Source of the DNA: Opitutales bacterium
Lineage (GTDB): Bacteria; Verrucomicrobiota; Verrucomicrobiia; Opitutales; PNEW01
Length of the DNA stretch: 32,000 bases
Assembly: GCA_965219535.1 (NCBI GenBank)
Contig: CBDCNV010000002.1
Location: 870,001-902,000 of the forward strand
Reading direction: 5' to 3'
Part shown: in pieces, positions 16,829-24,517 of the stretch
Position numbering within the stretch: the first letter of the stretch is position 1
How the letters are laid out: every line of letters starts with the position of its first letter
Translations under genes and position numbers: made by a program
Notes under the pieces: generated by a model
The model's input: the letters and a program-made list of their open reading frames with translations, nothing else
What the model was told of the DNA's origin: nothing
Databases searched by the model: none

Positions 16829-17875
16829 TTAATCAATATCCCGATAAGTGCCGTCGTATTTATGGACGAGGCGTCTGAGTTCGGACTTATCTTTATCATC
16901 GACTTGGAAACCGACGAAGTGGAGCCGTACATCATGGGGCGCATCCTTTTGTAGCTGATCAATTGTCATTCTCAATTCCAGCCAGGGTACTTTTTGCCAG
17001 GATTTACCCAGGGCGTTTCGCTGAAAACTGCCGTCGGAGAGGACAATAACTACCTCGGGATCGAGAAGAAAAGCGGCTGTGATTACGGACTGAATACCGT
17101 TCGGAACATCGCGGGTCCACGAAGACGCGCTTCTCCCATCGGTTCTGAATTCAGTTTCAAGCCAATGGGATGCGGCTTTTTTATTTCCACTCGAAGCGGG
17201 GACGAGGTAATCCTGGAAGCGATCATAATTACGAGAAAACTGAATGAGGTTAAAAAGTGTATTGCCGTTAAAATCATCGATCAGGTCTCGGGCTTCTTTT
17301 TTAATCTGGGTAATGGGCACCCCGCTCGACTCCGCCTTGCGAAGAACCGAGCTGGAGATATCAAAAGCGATAACCACTTTATCGGATTTGTCCTCGATCC
17401 CGAAAAAGGAAAAACTCGATGCCTCGGATTTCAATCCGTTCAAGGCGGCCATGATCCCGGACTGACCGAAGAGAGCGTTCGCGTCGTGAAAATTGATATC
17501 CGTGCTGAGGGGATTAAACTCTTCCATCGGAAACGCGGGAAGTTGGGGCAGTGTATCGTTGAGAAGAGCAGCAGTAGACAGGCGTTCGATCCGCTGCGGT
17601 TTACTCATTACCTGTTGATGCTCGGCGAAATGGACCCGATGTTCCAATTCACGCTGGGGAAGATAAATCGTTTTCGCCGCGAAAAATTCAGGTTCCGCGT
17701 CGTCGCTCGGCACAAAGACAACAACAAATACCGTGAGCAGGAGAATCGCCGCCTGGACGGCAACCGCGAGGATTAAAGTTGCAATGCTGAATGACCGGTT
17801 ATTGTGATTGCATTCCATCAATACATTGAAAACGGCAATAACGGCTCTTGAATTAATCATTATTTGTGCATACAT
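16829..17875 (-). CDS. Membrane-anchored von Willebrand factor A (VWA)-like domain protein
   Basis: 348-aa ORF with an N-terminal TM segment (IATLILAVAVQAAILLLTVFVVVF), a MIDAS-like VVIAFDISSSV (DxSxS), FNLIQFS and VVIVLSDGS. The start codon is uncertain because there are several N-terminal Met codons. Confidence 0.6.
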   Translation of the reverse strand: MYAQIMINSRAVIAVFNVLMECNHNNRSFSIATLILAVAVQAAILLLTVFVVVFVPSDDAEPEFFAAKTIYLPQRELEHRVHFAEHQQVMSKPQRIERLSTAALLNDTLPQLPAFPMEEFNPLSTDINFHDANALFGQSGIMAALNGLKSEASSFSFFGIEDKSDKVVIAFDISSSVLRKAESSGVPITQIKKEARDLIDDFNGNTLFNLIQFSRNYDRFQDYLVPASSGNKKAASHWLETEFRTDGRSASSWTRDVPNGIQSVITAAFLLDPEVVIVLSDGSFQRNALGKSWQKVPWLELRMTIDQLQKDAPHDVRLHFVGFQVDDKDKSELRRLVHKYDGTYRDID

Positions 17876-17928
17876 TTAAACATCGCTTGACAGCCTGAAA
17901 TTTGGCTGTAGTTTCGCCATTTCTGTAT

Positions 17929-18006
17929 GGGGCAGTAGTTCAGTTGGTTTAGAACGCCGGCCTGTCACGCCGGAGGTCGCGGGTTCAAGTCCCGTCTGTC
18001 CCGCCA
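17929..18006 (+). tRNA. tRNA-Asp: tRNA-Asp (anticodon GTC), CCA encoded
   Basis: Hand-folded cloverleaf. Acceptor GGGGCAG/CTGTCCC (one G-T pair), D stem GTTC/GAAC, anticodon stem CCGGC/GCCGG with loop CTGTCAC, T stem GCGGG/CCCGT with loop TTCAAGT, discriminator G plus CCA. Confidence 0.93.
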
Positions 18007-18228
18007 AATTTTGCATTGCAAAATTTGCCCACCGTAGTCCCGCTATTGCGGGACGAAGGCTGGCCTTTCGTGATCACATACTAGCTCAGCACAACAGCTT
18101 ATTAATCACCATGCCAGTTAATGAAGAGCAAAAGGTTGTTGAATTTGGACCTTTAGATCGGTAACGCATGAATCTTAATAAGAATCGTTTAGTTTAGCGA
18201 TCATTCCTTTTGTTCGCATCATTTTTTC

Positions 18229-18316
18229 ACCCAACACCGAAAATCACCGGCGTTAAAAAGCAGAGCGAGAAACGAGCAGCGCTTTTTTGCGTCCGAGTGA
18301 ATTTGTCTTGTTAGGC
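18229..18316 (-). other. Integron attC-like recombination site (attC-2, 88 bp)
   Basis: Minus strand reads GCCTAAC-AAGAC-[AAATTCAC..CGG-A-CG..CAAAAAAGC ... GCTTTTTAA..CGCCG..GTGATTTT]-CGGT-GTTGGGT. That is an RYYYAAC inverse core, a 5-nt spacer, a long imperfect palindrome with bulges, and a GTTRRRY core. Confidence 0.65.
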
Positions 18317-18353
18317 GAGGTATTATCACTTGATAGCGAATCAGCGTCAGCGA

Positions 18354-19392
18354 TTATTTATACGCAACTGCAGCGCTGGTGGGACCGGCAAGACTTATAA
18401 CTTCGAAACGCTTGAATCCTGCATCAATACACCATTCGCGGAAATTTTCTCCTGTGTAATCGAAGGCATCGCCAAATTCGATGAGCATGTTGAGCGACAT
18501 TAAAAGGCCAAACGTATTTTCACGTCGGGCATCGTCGATCAAGTTTTCAATAGCAATAAAGGCGCCGCCCACCGGTAGTGCATCATAGGCATTCTTGATG
18601 AGAATTATCTTTTTCTCGAGGTTCCAGTCATGCAGAATATTACCCATTGTAACGACCTCGGCCTTTGGCAAATCGTCATTGAAGAAATCACCTGAAACCA
18701 CCTTGATACGTTCGGACATATCCGCCGCATCTATCTGTTTCTGGGCATGAGGCGCCACTGGTGAAAGGTCAAAGGTGCTAAACGTTAGATGTTCATGGCG
18801 CGCACCAACGATTCGTGACAACAGAGCTAGGGCGCCACCGATGTCGCTCACAGTCTTGTATTTGGAGAAGTCGAACTTCTCGGCCAATTGGGTGAAGTTT
18901 GCCGCTTGAAAACCGGTCATCGCATCAAGGAACTCTTCAAGTTTTAACCTCGTTTGCGTATAGTTCTTCGAAAATTGTTTTACCATTGATCTTAACTTCG
19001 TTCTGTGGCTGTCCAGTCTTAAGTGCAGTGCCAAGATGGTTCCAAAATCCAAATAGACGAGAGTTTAGCATCTCTGGCAAACCACCAATGTATGCTGGGC
19101 TGTTCTTGCCCAGGAACGCGGCTGTTTCGGGCGTGTTCTTATACTGACCTTCCGGACCATCCCCGTCACGGTCTAGAAATTTCAACGCCACCAGTGCGTC
19201 AAAGAAGTCATAGGTCCCACGCGGGTGAAGCCTGAGTTCCTTACCAAGTTGTTGTGCCGTCATTGACGCATCCCCAAGCGTGGTAAAGATATCCAGTTCG
19301 ACGGCCGTGAGCAGTACCTTGGAACCCCAAAAAGCCGTTGCCGTTTGCATTATGTGAGTCGCATCGAGTTGGTTCTTCATTTTTTCCTCCAT
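18354..19392 (-). pseudogene. Frameshifted class I O-methyltransferase (dimerisation domain plus Methyltransf_2-type domain), cassette-borne
   Basis: Two overlapping ORFs (18937-19392 and 18354-19052) together make one COMT-like protein. The N-terminal part ends ...FEELYANEVKT* and the C-terminal part resumes ...RLKLEEFLDAMTG...VSDIGGALA. Removing one G in the GAGG run (plus-strand cctc, 18948-18951) joins them as LYANELKLEEFL. RBS GGAGGA precedes the ATG at 19380. Confidence 0.8.
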
Positions 19393-19403
19393 AAGAAAGA
19401 GTT

Positions 19404-19467
19404 GCTTAACGTCTGAGCTCAGCCGCGAGGCCCGCAGAGCCTCGTCGGCCGGAGCGATTTGTTAGGC
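19404..19467 (-). other. Integron attC recombination site (attC-1, 64 bp)
   Basis: Minus strand reads GCCTAAC-AAATC-GCTCCGGCCGACGAGGC-TCTGCGG-GCCTCGCGGCTGAGC-TCAGAC-GTTAAGC. R''/R' pair in 6 of 7 positions. There are unpaired spacers, and a stem with a bulged A (GCCG-A-CG) and a second CG/T bulge. The ORF stop TAA lies inside GCCTAAC. Confidence 0.8.
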
Positions 19468-19938
19468 GCTCGCATTTTTTACATGACCTTTGGAGCGCAG
19501 CAACCCATAAATGGTGAGCAGCAAAGCCGCCAAGATGGTTACAGCGCATAGCAGGAGCAGGTTGGTGACGACTGGATTGTCGACACCATGTGGTGGCGGA
19601 AACTTTTCATTCAGCGTCGGCATGAGCTTCGACGAGGATCCCATGAAGGCCGCCGCAACTCCCGCTGCGCCGTTGGTCCAAGTGCCAATTTGCAGCGTGG
19701 CAAACCAAACTTTAAATGCGGTCGGATTTAGGCGGAGTTTATTGACCAGCAAGCCAAGTGCCACCATCAAAATACCGTTGGCAGTGAACTCAATGTGAGC
19801 CATCACGATTCCGCGAAACCACGCCACAGCTGAGGGCGGAATTAATCCGATCACGCAGCCGATCGTAATTTGGACAACCCCTAGAATCAAAGTCCAATGC
19901 ATGAGATTTTCTTTTAAGTTGTCGACATCAGTTTTCAT
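19462..19938 (-). CDS. Small integral membrane protein (~4 TM), cassette-borne; possibly hydroxylaminobenzene-mutase-like
   Basis: 158-aa ORF with four long hydrophobic segments. RBS AAGGGAG lies upstream of the ATG. The family suggestion rests only on my recollection of an AHxE..NG motif (AHIEFTANG). Confidence 0.7.
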   Translation of the reverse strand: MKTDVDNLKENLMHWTLILGVVQITIGCVIGLIPPSAVAWFRGIVMAHIEFTANGILMVALGLLVNKLRLNPTAFKVWFATLQIGTWTNGAAGVAAAFMGSSSKLMPTLNEKFPPPHGVDNPVVTNLLLLCAVTILAALLLTIYGLLRSKGHVKNASA

Positions 19939-20003
19939 ATTTTTGCTCCCTTGGTTGAGCGCCTAACAAGTGTTTCTAAAGTTCTGTATATTCGCGTATG
20001 GGG

Positions 20004-20032
20004 ATAATGCACCTCTACAAAATTCCTGTCAA
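20004..20032 (-). promoter_or_regulatory. Sigma70-like promoter facing the cassettes (Pc-like)
   Basis: Minus strand: TTGACA (20032-20027), a 17-nt spacer, then CATTAT (20009-20004). A second TTGACA lies at 20042-20037. About 65 nt upstream of the first cassette ATG. Confidence 0.4.
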
Positions 20033-20079
20033 TTCTTGTCAAAATTCCTCAATAATTACCTGATTCCTGCCCATTCCTG
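20022..20079. repeat. Array of six ATTCCTG-type direct repeats at 8-12 bp spacing
   Basis: ATTCCTG at 20022, ATTCTTG at 20032, ATTCCTC at 20044, ATTACCTG at 20055, ATTCCTG at 20063, ATTCCTG at 20073. The array overlaps the TTGACA hexamers. Confidence 0.7.
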
Positions 20080-20206
20080 CCAAACATTTTAAGGCAACGC
20101 GAGGAAACTAAAGGAAAATATAAATTATTTTTCAGTCGTTATTTATACGGAACTTTTTATTAATAAACAGCTTCCGTGGTATTAAAAAATCCCGTTTATA
20201 CACGAA

Positions 20207-20298
20207 TTCAAGTCCCGTCTGTCCCGTCAAACTTTGCATTGCAAAGTTTGCCAGCCGTAGCTCAAAGAGCGAAGGATGGCTTTTCGTAATCATCAGCT
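20207..20298 (+). repeat. Duplicate of the tRNA-Asp 3' end plus downstream sequence
   Basis: ttcaagtcccgtctgtcccg (20207-20226) is identical to tRNA positions 17984-18003. The similarity continues through aaaYtttgcattgcaaaRtttgcc...cgaaggNtggcYtttcgtRatca. Confidence 0.85.
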
Positions 20299-20567
20299 GG
20301 TTGCGTACAACAATTTGTCCCAATTCAACCCTAGCTTACCGAAGTCTTTGCATTGCAAAGTTTGCCATCCATCTTGTCGGCCATAGCCTTGGCGATGGCT
20401 GAAGCTCGAAGAGCGAAGGATGGCCTTTCGTGACCGTCACCCAATTATGAACAGCAGGTCACCCGCTTCAACCTCTAGCTTGTCGAAGTCTTTGCTATCG
20501 CAAATTTTAAGCACCCATGTCCCCGTATAACTTCATCACCCTACACTAAAGTCAGGCGATGCCGGCC

Positions 20568-21680
20568 CTAGCCCACGTCACCTGCACTGTTTTGATCGCC
20601 CTTTTTTTTTCGGTACATGACATTTGATTGGTTTTCAGCCAGCAATAGCTTTCTACAGTCTTTGCTCTTCAGGTAAATGTCGAAAAATTCGACAATCACC
20701 ACTCCCAATCTTTCCACGCGTTCCACCGGCTGAAATGAAAACAACGAATTGACGTCTTTAGCGCCACTGTTCATAGCGAGATAGCTGACAGTCGAAAAGT
20801 CGTTATGATCCCAACCTTCGAAAATCACGAAATTGAATTCCCCGTTAAAGTCTTTGGCATTGCCAGCGAACTGTTGAGTGATTCCGTCCAAATTGGGTCT
20901 GCCTTTAATTCTTAGCATCGGTGACAGGCTACTTCTGAGTTTTCTCTGTGTGCTTTCTGGCCATCTGTTAATCCCCGATGTTCCGTCATCAGTCATATAG
21001 GCATATAGAAATCCGTCGATATTACCCACTGCCTTAATTCTTTCATCCTCGGCGTCGAGTAATGTGGAGACATAGCCACCGCGAGAATGCCCAAACATGC
21101 CGATAGCATCGAGATTGACTGCGTTGATTAGCGCTTCGGGGAAGTTGCAACCGAAAATGAAATCGAGGACTTTCTGAGCATCCACAACGCGATCTTCAGT
21201 GAGCTTAATGAAATCGTCGTCATCTGCGATTTCTGTGCATAGATGTCCGCTGGGGTATGTGATCAGGTTTCCTTCATGTGGGTGGTCTATTGAAACAACC
21301 ACATAACCCGACAATACAATCTGCTTGAGAACCGGAAGGTTTGAAAAGCGATTTCCAACTCCGGTTGGCGAGTACAAAAGCAGTGGATAGGGATCTTGTC
21401 CTGAAAGCAGTTCGGCGCTCTCATAGCACCCGGTTGCGATCTTCATTGAGTCTTCAATGATTCGTCCTTTTTCCCCTTCGGTTAGAAGCGTGCCATTCAG
21501 GATACAGTCAAGTGCCGGTTTTATTGAAGGCTTGAAGAGGTCAGTGTACATCATCTCACGCGAGTCCGCATCGCGTTTAGCCGGATAAAAGATCGAAATC
21601 GGAATCGTTCTCAAAGGATACGAAGCAACAGAACTTCGTTTGCCATCTTCGATAAAACTGTGTTCAACGCCTACATCCAT
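20568..21680 (-). CDS. Alpha/beta hydrolase (PAF-acetylhydrolase/lipase-like)
   Basis: 370-aa ORF with nucleophile elbow GMFGHSRGG, an upstream PLLLYSPTGVGN and a C-terminal EGWDHNDF (candidate catalytic His). Confidence 0.7.
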   Translation of the reverse strand: MDVGVEHSFIEDGKRSSVASYPLRTIPISIFYPAKRDADSREMMYTDLFKPSIKPALDCILNGTLLTEGEKGRIIEDSMKIATGCYESAELLSGQDPYPLLLYSPTGVGNRFSNLPVLKQIVLSGYVVVSIDHPHEGNLITYPSGHLCTEIADDDDFIKLTEDRVVDAQKVLDFIFGCNFPEALINAVNLDAIGMFGHSRGGYVSTLLDAEDERIKAVGNIDGFLYAYMTDDGTSGINRWPESTQRKLRSSLSPMLRIKGRPNLDGITQQFAGNAKDFNGEFNFVIFEGWDHNDFSTVSYLAMNSGAKDVNSLFSFQPVERVERLGVVIVEFFDIYLKSKDCRKLLLAENQSNVMYRKKKGDQNSAGDVG

Positions 21681-21780
21681 CTGATCGTATGCTTGTCATG
21701 TCGTGGAAATCTCAGGCCTTCTGCAATTGGAAGGAAAAAAATAGCAATGCAATGCGCCATAGTTTCGGCAGTTACAAAAT

Positions 21781-22140
21781 GGAAATAGGGTCAGACTGCG
21801 AATTCTTTGATTGATAAGAAACTATGGGAGGACTGGAATTGCAAGAAATGGCTCGAAAACCAAGGTATGAAAGTAACAACGGGCTCTACCACATCATCAA
21901 AAGGGGAAACTATCACCGGGATCTGTTCTATGCGGCGAAAACAAAGAAAGCTTTCAAACGGACGCTGATTAAAGCGTGCAACAGCCCGAAACGGATGGAT
22001 AGCAGCCAGGTTAAATATGGGTGAGTATAATTCAGTTAGTCACAATGTTAGTATCTTTCAGTGTGAGCAGAAGAACAGAGGTAAAGCCTACAGAACTTTG
22101 AATAAAATCAAAGAATTCGCAGTCTGACCCTTTACGTTTT
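21781..22140 (+). mobile_element. MITE-like unit A: 25-bp perfect TIR around a Y1/HUH-transposase N-terminal remnant
   Basis: TIR GGGTCAGACTGCGAATTCTTTGATT at 21788-21812, with its reverse complement at 22106-22130. The internal ORF 21824-22024 encodes ARKPRYESNNGLYHIIKRGNYHRDLF..., which is the conserved N-terminus of COG1943-type transposases. The HUH and Tyr motifs are missing. Confidence 0.75.
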
Positions 22141-22592
22141 CTCATGATGCTGAGGCCGACGTATCGTTAGCAGAAGTGTTTAACTCTACGGGGATAGCGG
22201 GGATGCAGTTGTCGAACGCCGTCTTCAGTGGTAGCACTGGTAAAGTTGGAGTTGATGCCCGTGGGATACCCATATCGGTCCGCTTAACAGTTTGAGATAT
22301 CGATGCTAGTGGATTTGCATTTCCTTACTTATTGTTTGGGCAAGGTTCGTTCACGGTGCCAGCAGCCAATCCAGGATTGCGCATTACTGGAGGAGACTTA
22401 TTTCAATCAAATGGCTCTCCCGTTATAGTAGCAGAAAACGGTTCAACGATACCTGGATTTGACACTCTGATCGCACAGAATAATATCAAATCCCACAACA
22501 CCCCTCAAGCAACTCGAAGCATTGACGCCCCTTTTGCTAATGAAGATGGACAGGAAATTTCTGTTACTGTGGAAGAGGTGACAATTGAGTAA
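22141..22592 (+). pseudogene. 5'-truncated paralog of the C-terminus of the 746-aa secreted protein (1103-3343)
   Basis: Hand translation gives HDAEADVSLAEVFNSTGIAGMQLSNAVFSGSTGKVGVDARGIPISVRLTV*DIDASG...GDLFQSNG...EEVTIE. This aligns with YDAQADVTLVEVVNSTGMGGMQLSNAAFSGSTGKVGVDARGVSIAVRLTVGDIDANG.... An in-frame TGA at 22293-22295 replaces a Gly codon. Homology starts at the end of MITE-like unit A. Confidence 0.85.
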
Positions 22593-22773
22593 TCTCGATA
22601 AAATATCTAAAGCCTACGATCAGTTCCTAGCCTCATACTCCTCAAAGGTAGAACCAATCTCAGAAAGCAACGATTGGCATTTACGCTTAGTATGGATACC
22701 GGACGATAAGCCAGAAGTAATTTACTCCATTGAATACCATAACTGTAAGCCAACAATCGCTCAATTTAGGTGA
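22585..22773 (+). CDS. Hypothetical small protein (doubtful)
   Basis: 62-aa ORF with a TTG start overlapping the pseudogene stop. No recognisable motif. Confidence 0.25.
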   Translation: MSNLDKISKAYDQFLASYSSKVEPISESNDWHLRLVWIPDDKPEVIYSIEYHNCKPTIAQFR

Positions 22774-22790
22774 CTGGCTGATTAGATACA

Positions 22791-23960
22791 CTATCTATGA
22801 AACTTTACAGCCCGACCAAGTGACAATATTGGTTTTTCAAAAAAATGCCAAGACAGTAAACTAATGAATAAGGTCAAGATCAACGCCAAAAAAGTAACAT
22901 AATAATCAACAGGTTGATTAAGTGACGGCCTTTGATTCAAAAACCAAGCATGGCATACCCCATTGACCACTTTATGATACAAATAAACTGCATACGAAAT
23001 AACTCCTAATCCCATTAAGGGGCGAAAAGTCACCAATCGCTGTAAAGGACGCCAAGAACCACTCACAGCTATAAGCAAAAAACTTAGGTAAAAAGCACTT
23101 ATCCAAGTGTGTCCTAGTCCCAACATCCAAGGACTCCCCAATCCAAAGGAAGGCAAAGAAAAGAATATTAACCCTAGCCCTAAAACAACAAAGAGGCTAT
23201 GTAAAAACCAACTCCGGTCTCCCCTCAAAAAGCGTAATGCTCCTGGCTGCCGAATCAAGCACGCGCCACATGCTCCCATGAGAAGACTATCCATCCTTGA
23301 CGGCAACATGTAAAAAGCGCCATAGGCCATTCCAGAAAAGGAATAAAAAAACATCCGAAATAACGGCGCAAATAGAATTAATAAAATCAACATACATGGA
23401 ATGCGTTTAACAGGTATCATCCGAATAAAAAATGGGAAGAGGAGGTAAAATTGTTCCTCAATCGATAAGAACCAGGTTACATCCAAAGCATTCGGCCCGG
23501 GATCCCCTTTCATCATCTGAAAATTTTGCACTAACAAGGGATACTGCCATCCCCTATGCGTATTCATATTAAATAGCCATTCAAGGCCCGCATGCCCACG
23601 CCAGGAAAGAAAATAATAGCCGGTGATAAACAATCCCAAAAGTAAAAAGTAAATCGGAAAAATCCGGCACAAACGACGAACATAAAACGCTTTGTAGTAA
23701 TTATCACCATCGCGATTATCCATCAAAATACCGCCAATTAAAAAACCGGAAAGGACAAAAAACATATCCACTCCCGTCCACGTTAGGGAGAAGATTGGAT
23801 TAATAAAGTGCTGAATTTCATTTAAGTCCGTATCAGGTAAACCATTAAAATGCCCACGGTAATAATGCCATATCAGCACCACGAGAATTGCCATTCCCCG
23901 TATACCATCGAGCTGCGGTACACGGTGTGGTAAACGATCATTCAAAGTTTCATCACTCAT
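22791..23960 (-). CDS. Acyltransferase family 3 (membrane O-acyltransferase, OafA/NolL type)
   Basis: 389-aa polytopic ORF beginning with the family-typical LDGIRGMAILVVLIWHY. About 10 hydrophobic segments. Confidence 0.85.
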   Translation of the reverse strand: MSDETLNDRLPHRVPQLDGIRGMAILVVLIWHYYRGHFNGLPDTDLNEIQHFINPIFSLTWTGVDMFFVLSGFLIGGILMDNRDGDNYYKAFYVRRLCRIFPIYFLLLGLFITGYYFLSWRGHAGLEWLFNMNTHRGWQYPLLVQNFQMMKGDPGPNALDVTWFLSIEEQFYLLFPFFIRMIPVKRIPCMLILLILFAPLFRMFFYSFSGMAYGAFYMLPSRMDSLLMGACGACLIRQPGALRFLRGDRSWFLHSLFVVLGLGLIFFSLPSFGLGSPWMLGLGHTWISAFYLSFLLIAVSGSWRPLQRLVTFRPLMGLGVISYAVYLYHKVVNGVCHAWFLNQRPSLNQPVDYYVTFLALILTLFISLLSWHFFEKPILSLGRAVKFHR

Positions 23961-24091
23961 TTGTTATCACTAAAATATAAAATCGCTACTTGTTAAATCA
24001 AATACGCATGTCCTCATTTTTCCCCATCTCACAATCATTGCTTCGATAATCACCATAATAATATCAAAACAATCTTCTGATAAAATAAAAG

Positions 24092-24459
24092 GGAAATAGG
24101 GTCAGACTGCGAATTCTATGATTGATAAGAAACTATGGAAGGTTTGGAATAGCAAGAAATAGCTCGAAACCATAGGCTTGAAATTAACAATGGGTTCTAC
24201 CACATTATCAAACGGGGAAACTATCACCGGGATCTGTTCTTTGCGGCGAACGGCGAAAACAAAGAGAGCTTTCAAACGGACGCTGATTAAAGCGTGCAAC
24301 AGCCCGAAACGGATGGATCGCAGCCAGGTTAAATATGGGTGAGTATAATTCGGTTAGTCAAAATGCTAGTATCTTTCGGCGTGAGCAGAAAAACAGAAGT
24401 ATAGCCGACAGAACTTTGAATAAAATCAAAGAATTCGCAGTCTGACCCTTTATGTTTTA
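24092..24459 (+). mobile_element. MITE-like unit B (decayed copy of unit A, same orientation)
   Basis: Collinear with unit A at roughly nine identities in ten by eye. The transposase remnant is broken by TAG codons and a cggcgaa tandem duplication. The TIRs are present, with one mismatch. Confidence 0.75.
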
Positions 24460-24517
24460 CGCAGACAACATGACCCCATTTGGGTTTTCCATTAACAACT
24501 GTAGTGTAGTTTGAATT

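Noticed and set aside
16994-17776. 260-aa plus-strand ORF.
   Set aside because: It lies entirely antisense to the 348-aa ORF that carries the TM segment and the VWA MIDAS motifs. It has no motifs, and its Arg/Gly-rich composition is typical of a shadow frame.
18007-20206. The tRNA-flanked segment as a conventional integrase-bearing genomic island or prophage remnant.
   Set aside because: There is no recombinase, phage or conjugation gene in it. Its content is fully accounted for by two attC-bounded cassettes and their leader. It is therefore reported as a cassette islet with a duplicated tRNA end rather than a classical island.
20132-20323. 63-aa minus-strand ORF.
   Set aside because: It runs across the duplicated tRNA 3' fragment and the TTTGCATTGCAAA repeat, so it is repeat-derived and not plausibly coding.
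21824-22024. 66-aa ORF as a functional transposase gene.
   Set aside because: It contains only the N-terminal ~45 residues of the Y1 transposase fold and lacks the HUH and catalytic Tyr. The sister copy at 24092-24459 has stop codons in the same frame. It is treated as a remnant.
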